Assembly (NCBI GenBank): GCA_051362555.1 | Contig: CM120644.1 | Span: 20,110,534-20,174,533 of the forward strand | Direction of reading: 5' to 3' | DNA length: 64,000 bases | From: Lingula anatina | Taxonomy: Eukaryota > Animalia > Brachiopoda | In this document: positions 1 through 11,050 of the stretch, piece after piece | Layout of the letters: every line of letters starts with the position of its first letter | Position numbering within the stretch: the stretch's first letter is position 1 | Notes under the pieces: generated by a model | Seen by the model: the letters and a program-made list of their open reading frames with translations, nothing else | What the model was told of the DNA's origin: nothing | Database searches by the model: none | Position numbers and translations under genes: made by a program

Positions 1-493
1 GTAATTACTTGGCAGTCATGGATTATCAGAACCATAAAGATAGAGGAGCTGCAGTTGACTTGGAATCCGGTGAAATAAGGTAAACGGCAAAAATTAATAT
101 ATAATTCTGTTTTTAAAGTCTATGTGCCAAAGAAAACTTGTTACTATGGTTATTTTCACTTGTAAACTCATATTTTAAAGGTTATTACATGCAAAGTCAT
201 TTTCATGAAAATGAATTAAAGTCTTGCCACTGTTTTATTTCAGGTATACTAAGTGTTACAGCAAACATGCCAAATCATGGATAGTGAAACCTCAAGCCAT
301 TAAAAAGACTTATGACTACATCCACATCTTACAAACTCTGGCATTTGACATGAGAATGACAAGTGCACGGCCTTTAGCAGCTAGGGTGCTGTTGGAACCA
401 TGGGACCCAAGGAACCTTGGGCCAAATACAGCCCCAGTCCCTGCACCCCCCAAAGATGTTCTAGTCAGAGACAGAAAGTCCAGATTTAAGTAA
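1..493 (+). CDS. Kolobok-type DDE transposase, last two coding exons (1-79, 244-493)
   Basis: Exon 1-79 reads ..NYLAVMDYQNHKDRGAAVDLESGEIR|gtaa. Exon 244-493 reads YTKCYSKHAKSWIVKP...TYDYI...PAPPKDVLVRDRKSRFK*. These resemble the LA-x-x-D-x-x-x-H-x-x-R and terminal SRF motifs I recall for this transposase group. No database search was run. Confidence 0.65.
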
Positions 494-1597
494 ATTTTGT
501 GACATTTTTTTTTATCAGTCTCAGCAGTGAATACAGTTATTACATTGAATATAGTTCATGTTCAATAATGTGATCTGCAGAAAAGAATAAGCACTGTAAA
601 TCTTCATTATTTACAAGAGATGCTCACTTTATGAACATATAAATTAGATAAAATAGTTTAATGCCAGCATGCATGTTCATTCATTGCAAGATCTTGCTTT
701 TGACAATTATTGATAACAGTTACAAGTATGAGTAGACTTCATACAGTTTATGTTTTAAATGTAGAAAATAAATGTAACTTTACCATAGCTGTTTTTCTTA
801 CTTCCCTAATCATAAACCAACATTGATTACACTGATAAATAAAAATGATAATATTCTCTTTACTTTACTGTTTAAACAGATTTAAAACAGGCCTCATGGT
901 AATCTGATAACATTATATTAATTGATGTGTTTCTTTTATACAATATCTCAACACAAACTTATCTTGAAAGATGATGTTGAATAAGTAATAAATATCTATA
1001 CTATAAATAAATATCTATACTAAGGCATGAAAGGCATTTTTAAAATATGAAGTTATATACACATGGAGTCACATACCAAAAAACAAACTTTTAACATTTA
1101 AAAGATTAGACACTGACATTTTTATGTAATCAAAATTACAAGAATGATGAGTATATCTTAAATCAACAACAGATTTAAAATGGCGCACATGATAAACTGA
1201 TAACTATATATCAATTAAATGCATGACTTCTAGTAAAAGTGCAACAAGTACAAAATCTTATCTTCTAAGACATCTTGAAATACAAATTTCTACACTAAAA
1301 CCAATAAGGAAATGATAACCAGATTTGAATCTCAGATATCCACAGAGAGTTTGATAACACATGATGTAGAAAATAAACTATATGTTTGAAAAGAATGACA
1401 TGTAAACAGACTAACTCCTGGTGACAATTGTTCTTCTTTAATCATAAAAAATCTATTGAACTTATTAGCAGACAAATGCAGTGGACATACACAGCAGGTG
1501 AGTGGGAGATGGCCCATTCCCATCCCCTTACTGCTGCAGCAAGTCACCAATGGATGAGTGGGAGATGGCCCATTCCCATCCCCTGTCCATTGCTCTT

Positions 1598-3558
1598 CTA
1601 AACTATACGCCCTGGATCAAATCCCCTATACTGACCTGTGGGAGAGGGGAACTTATTCCTAATGAACCAAACACAACAGGACGGAATTACTCTGCGGTCA
1701 CCAGGAGTTAGCCTGTTATATTGCCACATTATGAAACTACGATAGGCATTGTGCCGCATGGCAGCATTGTCCTCTTCTCCTGGCTGCCTATCTTCATTTT
1801 GGAAGCCCAGGATGTCCCCCCTTGCTACTCGCATAATCCCAAGATGAAATTCGTCTGTTACATTTAATTCCATTACCTGCAAATAAAATAACAACAAAAA
1901 AATAATAAAAAAAAACTAAGTTCATGATTGTAAGAAGGAAACATGTTAATCATAACTGCATTTTTAATTGATTTTAATTTGTCATTATACAACATGAGGA
2001 AGATATTACAAATAAATGTCGAATGAAACATTTCTTCTTAAAAATTGTAAACATTACACCTGCATTTTAAACATTCTTAGCCACTTACAGGGTCTCTGCT
2101 TTTACACTCAGCAGGAGGCTTTTGACAACACAGCCTCTCTGCTTCAGTGGGCATTTCTACACATGCACCACACATGCACCAATCTGGTGAATCAGGCTGT
2201 GGAGGTAAAGGTTCTGGGTCACTGCCACCAGGTAGGTTTTCCTGCAAAATCTTCTTTATGTCCAGTGCCAGGGCAGGATTCCGGTCACACACTTTCACCA
2301 CTATACCTTTTAGGACCTCCTTGTCCACACCATCACACATGCTCTGTCAATTTATAAAAAGTCAATATTAGCCTTTTTGGTCTGACATTTCTAGTGATAT
2401 TAGATAATTAGAGTAGTTTTTGGAAAAAAAGACATATATAAATACTAAACACTAAAGAAAGGGATATATCAATGGCAGCTGTGTATGGTTATATGGCAAC
2501 ACCTAAAATTCTTATATCCAATGTAGATTTCAACATAATTCATACCTCTAGTTCTTTGTGCCTGGCCTCTCGGAGATCTCTTATTCTTTCTTCTTGTTCC
2601 TCAGTCAACTGAAATTCCCTTCCTCTTCCTCCTGATCTCCTGCCTCTTCCTCTTGATGTCCTGCCTCTTCCTCCTGATGTCCTGCCCCTTACTCCTGATC
2701 TCCTGCCTCTTCCCTGCCTCAAACCACTGGTGCTTGGACCTGCCACTGGCTCTGCTCTGCTGCCTGCACCACGACCAACCCCCCTTAATCTTGTTGGTGG
2801 TCTCCCTGATCTTCCTTCTCGTCTTTCTGGCTTTCTTTGGCTGGTACCACCTGAACTGGTACTGCTTTACAATTAAAAAGAAAGAAAGAAAGGAAATAAA
2901 TGCTACTGAAGTAATTACATGCTTGTCTTCAGTTAAAGTAAGATTAAGAAGCACTAAGGTCTAAGTCATTTATAAATATATGGCATACTAGGTAAGGTTA
3001 CGCTAGGGCCTACATGACGCGTAAAAATGATGGCTACTGATCACATTTGACAGTAAAATGGAGATCCTTACCTGGAAGGTTCTTCTTGTTCTGGGCTGCT
3101 CGGACTGCTTGTATCATCATCCGACTCAACAATTCTTTCAATCTAAAAGGTATGAAATTGGTAAAACTGAAAAGTTGCAACAAATATTAGTCAAATTGAA
3201 ACAGAAAACAGGCAAGCAAACAACGGACTTCAATTGACGTTCATAGCTATCTATGAAAAGGTGTAATCCAACTGATATGTACAGTACGACTGTCTGTTAT
3301 GATGTCGCTGATGCGTTTCCTCCTCAATTCTTCTTCGTTTTCGGTGTTTGACTTCGACATGACAAATTACGATATCAAGCACTATCGTCCGGCTCTCACG
3401 CATCAATTCCGAAATATTTTTGACTTTCTAGACTATTCCACCGACCAAAACTTAAACTTTAAATCTTTATGTTCTCATATGTTGAAAATAATAAAGGATA
3501 AACGATGTAACTAACGCGTATACATATGAAAGCAACTTACTTCGAACTCCTCCGCCAT
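1598..3558 (-). CDS. KolX-like / P2X7 C-terminal 'ballast' (nanor-like) Cys-rich protein, 5 exons: 3558-3541, 3142-3072, 2864-2546, 2343-2089, 1876-1598 (~310 aa)
   Basis: All junctions are GT-AG and in phase. The protein is MAEEFE-IERIVESDDD..., then an RG-rich tract, then WCMCGACVEMPTEAERLCC and RHNAYRSFIMWQYNRL...RRVIPSCCVWFIRNKFPSPTGQYRGF, the typical Zn-binding ballast motifs. Confidence 0.85.
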
Positions 3559-3605
3559 AAATTCTTTCTTCTTGCCCGAATGCGTGTATTACCTGGCATG
3601 CGCAC

Positions 3606-3740
3606 TATCATTGGCTAAAACCGTGTGTACACCTGCACGTGACGTCTTGTCTATTTTTGGCCAGAGAGCTTAGTAATGCAGACTCTGATTGGCTAAGACC
3701 GTGGGAACATCTGCATTTGACGTTCGCTCTATTTTGGGGA
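3606..3740 (-). promoter_or_regulatory. Putative promoter of the KolX-like gene: duplicated ~78-bp module, each copy with a CCAAT box
   Basis: ATTGGCTAA at 3610 and 3688 (CCAAT on the - strand), 50-130 nt upstream of the ATG at 3558. Overlapping CACGTG/TGACGTC at 3636-3646. Confidence 0.4.
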
Positions 3741-4306
3741 GAGGAGGTTCTCCAATACAGACTCGAATGTGAAATAATTCATTATTTTGATTGCCGTCTA
3801 CCTCAAAGGCGAATTTTGGTTTAGATCGTGACCTTCATATATAAGAAAAAGTTTGGGATATGTTTTATTTTCCCTCATATCGGAAAGACCCCCTTTAAAT
3901 TTACTGAGTGGCTTTGTTTGGTAAAGAGGCAGGCTGCTTTTGAAAATTGGCATGATTGATTGACATAAGTGATAAATATCTCTCTCTTGTACGGTGTCTG
4001 TATATTTGCCAGCTTTGCTGTCTAGTTTAAATGAAAGTTTTTGTTTCTTCTTTGTTTATTTTAAATTCTTATTCATTTATACAGCTTTCGCCCTAGAAAT
4101 ACATGTTTTTAACTGCAATTTTGTTTTACTTCTTGTTTTACTTCAATCTACCAACCAAAGTGCTTTTAATTATAAAATAAAAATGCATACATGCATGTTT
4201 TCTTTGCCAGTTATCCTGTATTGTTATCCCAGCCTTTTTAGGACTAGTCAGGGATCATTTAGAAATGTCAAGATTGTTTATTTTTAATTGTTTTGTTTAC
4301 TTGTAG

Positions 4307-4432
4307 AAAGAAATTCAAGCCATGAGCCAGTGTCATCACGAGAATGTGGTGTCTTATTACACTTCATTTGTGGTCAAAGATGAACTGTGGGTGGTGATGC
4401 AGCTGTGTGAAGGAGGTAGGCTCCCTCCCCCC

Positions 4433-4487
<55 letters not shown>

Positions 4488-7400
4488 TCTCTCTCTCTCT
4501 CATGCTGTGTTTAATATGTCCCCTATTTCCACCTCACACCTCGTCGCAAAGGAAGCTTCCAGCACACCAATTATTTAAATGGCAGCAAGATGAATGATGA
4601 TATTATTTATAAGTTTTCTTGTGTTGTTGCCTGTTGTCAAGACACTACCACAATCACAGCATTCTCTGCTGTATGACTTACAGTGAATTTTTACTCAAAT
4701 ATGTATACTGTAGGTAAAGAATGCAAATGTTCTGCACAGTAATAGGTAATTGTGAGTAGCATTCAGTGATGCAGATGAAGCCAAAGAAAAAATACAGTTA
4801 TGGCATAGGTTTTTATGTAAATTATGTTGCTGTGTACAATTGAGCAACAAAATTAATAACATTTAGATAAGTTGGATTTTATTTTCTTGTGCTGTTACCT
4901 GTAGTAGCTGGCAGTTGAAGAATTAATATTCAGGTCGTTGGTTGTACCATGTGGTGAGGCTTTCTCAGTGTTGTTCTCACTGAGGTTACCAGTACTAAAC
5001 AATCAATTTTCTAGTTCTTTTACATTGATTGCATGCACCAAGGTCATTAGGACACTCTGGTTTATTGTTGGTCTTATCCTAAGTCAGGGGAAATACATTG
5101 TTACGTAGTATCACCAAATAAGCAGTAATGAATGTTTTAACGTAATTGATGGACAAAAGATATTGTACTTGGATCTCTCAAACATATTACTTTCAGTAAT
5201 TGTACCACCAGCGTAGGCGCTGGCGGTACACATGGTTTTAGTCCCGACCCGCATGTTCCGCCGGCTCCTGCGGCTCCGCCGGCTCCTCTGGCTCCGCCGC
5301 CAAGTCACCGTTACCGCTTCTCCTCCTAGACGGTAAGGGCCCCCGTACCCATCTCATGGATTTAGGTCACCTATAATCTCAACTCGTTCCACGTAAAATT
5401 TGGGCTTTGTCGGTATTGGGGTCTGGGTGTGGCACTCATTGCAATGCACCCTTGTCTAAAAATGGCAAAATTAAATGCTAATTATCTACCCTACGGAAGG
5501 AATTATGGGAAAAATTTCTACAGACAGCTTTCCAAAAGTCATATGTGTAGATTTCAAATATGCCCTTGGATTTGACCTTTGACCTTTACTTCAAGGTCAA
5601 ATGGGCCAAAATTTTCAAAAAAATGATATTTTTTCCGAAAATTTTTTTTTTTTCCCTGTTATTCAGACACCACACAGACTTAACCAATAATATTATTGGA
5701 AAGTGTTACCCTTCAGGTCATCTTTCATCTCCATGAATTTGGGGTCAATCGGTGCATTTTCATGGGAGTAGCGGCCATAAGATACCGAAACTGAAAACTG
5801 TCTCTAATTCGGGAACCGTTAATGCTAGAGACCCATTCTTTTTTGCATTTTGTAGAGCATGTAAAGCCCAACACTGGAGGTGGTCTCGGTTTTTTTGTAT
5901 TCCATACGGTTTTCGAGTTACGCTGTATCAAAAAGTACATATTGGTGGTAAAAGCAAAATGTGCAGTACGGTATTGGATAATAAATTTTGAACTCTGGAA
6001 AAATAAAACGTAAGGCTTGGCAAAGCAGACAACTTGTATTCAAAAATGACATTATTTCATCAAATTTGAACTTCTGAAACTTCAGAGCACCTCCTATTTC
6101 AAGAATTTTGACCAAAATGACATTTTCTTTATTTTAATTAATTTTTTCTGTACGAAATTTAAGGCACATTGTGGTAACTCCAAAATTAGAACATTTAGTC
6201 CCTTATATCTCCAAAACTGGCAGAGATAGGTCCATAGTTACTATTGAAGTTGAATAGGAAGTCATATACTGGCAATCTTACTGTGACCTTGAAATTGACC
6301 TTTGACCTACTTTTCACCATGAACTGAACTTTGCAAATTTTGCTTCCCTTTTATCTCCAAAACTGGCTGAGATAGGTCCATAGTTACTATTGAACTTGAA
6401 TAGAAAGTCATATACTGGCAATCTAAATGTGACCTTGAAATTGACCTTTGACCTACTTTTCACCATGAACTGAATTTTGCAAATTTTGCTTCCCTTTTAT
6501 CTCCAAAACTGGCAGAGATAAGTCCATAGTTACTATTGAACTTGAATAGGAAGTCATATACTGGCAATCTAAATGTGATCTTAAAATTGACCTTTGACCT
6601 ACTTTACACCATGAACTGAACTTTGCAAATTTTGCTTCCCTTTTATCTCCAAAACTGGCTGAGATAGGACCATAGTTACTATTGAACTTGAATAGGAAGT
6701 CATATACTGGCAATCTAAATGTGACCTTAAAATTGACCTTTGACCTACTTTACACCATGAACTGAATTTTGCAAATTTTGCTTTCCTTTTATCTCCAAAA
6801 CTGGCTGAGATAGGACCATAGTTACTATTGAATTTGAATAGGAAGTCATATACTGGCAATCTAAATGTGACCTTAAAATTGACCTTTGACCTACTTTTCA
6901 CCATGAACTGAACTTTGCAAATTTTGCTTTCCTTTTATCTCCAAAACTGGCTGAGATAGGTCCGTAGTTACTATTGAACTTGAATAGGAAGTCATATACT
7001 GGCAATCTAAATGTGACCTTAAAATTGACCTTTGACCTACTTTTCACCATGAACTGAATTTTGCAAATTTTGCTTCTCTTTTATCTCCAAAACTGGCAGA
7101 GATAGGTCCATAGTTACTATTGAACTTGAATAGGAAGTCATATACTGGCAATTTACTGTGACCTTGAAATTGACCCTTGACCTACCTTACGAAGAACTTA
7201 AATTTGATTGTACCATATATATTTTTTGCAATAGTTTTAAAATTCTTGTTGATTGCATTTTTACAGCTTGTCAAGCACAAAACTGGTGGCTGTGTCCCTT
7301 ATTTTGTGTATGTGGGGGTCTATACGAATGCGCTTGCTCCAGCTGGTGGTACAATATTCGGAGGCGGTATCGCCTCTCTGATCCTCTAGTTTAATTTAGT

Positions 7401-7769
7401 TAACTGATATTTTCCCTCAGGTTTATATAAGTTATGAATGATGATAATTAGCCAGGTATATTTCTTAAATAATATGATGTCTTAGTAACCAGCATTTCAG
7501 ACTTTATTGAAGTGTCTACCATTGCACCGAGACATGAAAGCTAATCCAGTGTGACCTCAGACACTGTAAGTGTGAGCCAAAGATCACACACAACAAAGCA
7601 GAGTATTCTGCCCTGGAAAACTGCCATCACATGTGGACTTTAAGAGCAGAATCATTATTTACTCTATGTGCATGCTTGTGTGCCAAAAAGTGCCAAGAAT
7701 TAACATTGTTGGGTCATGACTTTTATTATAGAATATGTTAAGGGGTACATAGTTACCAGAGTCTTGTCA

Positions 7770-7826
<57 letters not shown>

Positions 7827-10577
7827 GTTTGTTTGCAAGCCACATACAACCATTTTGCATTACTTGCATTACATGACCATTTAGCACCAGTGATTGGCTG
7901 CTTTGCTTTCTCTGTTGCTAGGCAACCTTGTGGCAAACTGCACAGAAGAGGCAGTAATCAGCAAGGCCAGGTAGTGCGTACTGGCAAGGTGTTCATATCC
8001 ATTACAAATAGTGCTGTGTAGGAAATATATGGTGATAATTTGTCTGTAATTTATGTCTGGAAAGTTCACCAAAAGTACTGTAGGTGACCTGTAGATCAGG
8101 GATTATTTGAAACAGATTGCAGAGGGTTTGATGTGGATAGCTAGATAATACCAGTTTGGCAATAATGGCCAAGTTGAATCTATAGCTTGTTTATTAAACA
8201 AATTTGGAAGATGATTTTCAATAGCTAGAAGAAATTAAAAACAAATTGATCCTTTTCCAACTATGATTTGTCATTAAAAATATCATGACAACTTTAATCA
8301 GTAGAATAATATTTTCCCAAACACATGTAATTCATAGTTCTATAATTCTCCCTTGCATATTTAATTTTGCCTCACCCCTTTACCTTGGTTACTGTATGTA
8401 CTTTTAACTGTTTTGCCTTTAAAGTAGACATTTGAATAAAGTGGTCGAAGAAAACATCTGTTTTGTTTTATAATATAGTTTTGCCTTTGCTTTAAAGAGA
8501 TATAAGATTAATAATAATATGATATAATATCAGACAGATGTTCTGTGTATATGTGTTAATGGTTATGTAGTGGAAGAGTGAAGTGCTCTGACCTGAGAGA
8601 GGTGAGTGGAAGGTGAAGTCAGGGGCAGCACCTCAGCTACCTCAGCCTTAGTGGAGCTAGGTTAATTTGTTCAACAGCTGCTACATAGGCCTATATCACT
8701 CTATACCATAGACATCTAGTGATACTCTTCACACATATATCATGAATTTTGTATACTAGAGCTGTTGTACATATATCTTTTCTATGTGTTTGGTTGGATG
8801 TATATTAGTTCACTGCAAGTATATTTAAAATGATCATAACCCAAGAAATATATAATGAAGTGATAATGATGTGTTGCAGTAATGCTTTTCAGTAGGTTAA
8901 CAAAGTGTTCAGCTAGTTCCACTGTATATCTTAGCAGTTATTGACATTATAAATACAGGAGTTTGTGTTGATAGAACTTTGGTTGTTATTCAAGTGGATC
9001 AGGATGACAAGGGGGTGACCTTCATAAAGATAATATGATGTCTTGATGAGTTGACTGTAGTACAGTGTATCTGTTCATGTAAACTGTGTGGCCCGTACTC
9101 TGCCAGCCAAAACAAGTTTTACATAAAACTTACAAAAATATTCTTCCTTCAAATTTTTGTGGAGGTTATATGTACTGTCATGATGTAGATCAATGGAAGA
9201 TCGGCAGCTGGATTTTTTTCCAACAAAGTTTTCACAGAGATATCTTCTTTGTTTTCCCCACCAGCTAAATTCCATATTTCAGTTTAATTTTTAGTTGATT
9301 ATGATTATGGTTATGATTACCTTTAGAAACAAACCTTTTTTCTGAAATCATTTTAAACAGACTATTTATTAATAAATGATAACAACTATATTTCACTCTG
9401 TCCTAGGATCTCTCCTTGACATTATAAAACAACGAATGCGAGGCGGAGCCTGTAAAAATGGCGTCCTGGATGAGGTTACCATAGCAACAGTATTAAAGGA
9501 GGTGTTAAAGGGGCTGGAGTACTTCCACAACAATGGCCAAATCCATCGTGATATCAAGGCAGGGAATATCCTACTGGGGGCAGACGGCTCTGTCAGGATA
9601 GCAGGTCCAGTCTATATGCTACAGAATTACTTTAATATTACACAGAAGACAAGCATTGTCTATTTGTTTTTTCATGAAAGAGAACTAGTTTGTGAATTTG
9701 GTAATATTTAGAACATTGAATGACGAAAAAATAGTCCACTTCTGCTGGTATAAAAGAGAATATTTCTTAGCTCTAACCGGATACAGTTTTCTTAATTGCT
9801 AAGAATTTTTCCGATCATTTAAACAGTGGTAGAAATCTTATTATTTATTTGTACTATTCAGATTTTGGCGTCAGCGCATGGCTGGCCACAGGGAAGGATT
9901 TGTCGCGGGACACTGTGAGGCACACTTTTGTGGGGACGCCATGTTGGATGGCTCCAGAAGTTATGGAACAGGTGAGGGGTCAAAGGTCAGGTCAAATCAC
10001 AAAACATTTGTTTTCTTGTAAATACCTCAGGATTATAGTTGCATAAGAATTTTTAGGGGAGGTGATGTTATTATTGTATTTGATTTAAACCATAATTTGA
10101 CTATTTCACATTATTTTTTGGTGACTTGGCTAAAATGTAAATGTGCCAGTTGGAACAACAGTGGCGCTTGGTGGCAGATCTCCCACTGACACACCACTGA
10201 GATATCTGGGAATTATTGTCAACACTTTTGTTAACATATATCTTTCAGGGTTGGCCTACAAGTAAAATAACAATAATCATAATAATAATAATGAATAAAT
10301 AAATAAAATCTGCATGGAAAAATTGAAAAATAAAAATGCTGGCACTAAAAGCTGCACCTAAAACTACAAAGACTTCAAGGAACCACTGAGAAGTAAATTC
10401 ACGTAACAGTAGAAAAAGTATATGTCAGTAGTAATCATTTTTGTTTATTTTCTCAGGTGACAGGTTATGATTTCAAGGCAGATATCTGGAGTTTTGGTAT
10501 AACAGCCATAGAGCTGGCCACGGGAACTGCTCCTTATCATAAGTTTCCTCCTATGAAGGTTAGTCCATGCTGTAGTG

Positions 10578-10643
<66 letters not shown>

Positions 10644-10667
10644 TTTGTGTGTGTGTGTGTGTGTGTT

Positions 10668-10703
<36 letters not shown>

Positions 10704-10709
10704 TTTGTG

Positions 10710-10744
<35 letters not shown>

Positions 10745-10769
10745 GTGAGTGTTTGTGTGTGTGTGTGTT

Positions 10770-10802
<33 letters not shown>

Positions 10803-10833
10803 GTTTGTGTGTGTGTTTGTGTGTGTGAGTGTT

Positions 10834-10864
<31 letters not shown>

Positions 10865-11001
10865 GTTTGTGTGTGTGAGTGTGTGTGTGTGTTTGTGTGT
10901 GAGTGTGTGTGTGTTTGTGTGTGTGTGTTTGTTTGTGTTTGTGTGTGTGAGTGTGTGTGTGTTTGTGTGTGAGTGTGTGTGTGTTTGTGTGTGTGTGTGT
11001 T

Positions 11002-11050
<49 letters not shown>

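Larger units (their letters stand above)
1..3894. mobile_element. Kolobok-superfamily DNA transposon, right-hand portion (left end upstream of window), inside an intron of the OXSR1-like gene
   Basis: Convergent transposase-like (+) and KolX/P2X7-ballast-like (-) genes. The element ends ...GGAAAGACCCCCT|TTAA (TTAA at 3895-3898), i.e. a purine-rich AGGGG terminus next to a TTAA target site, as in Kolobok elements. Confidence 0.75.
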
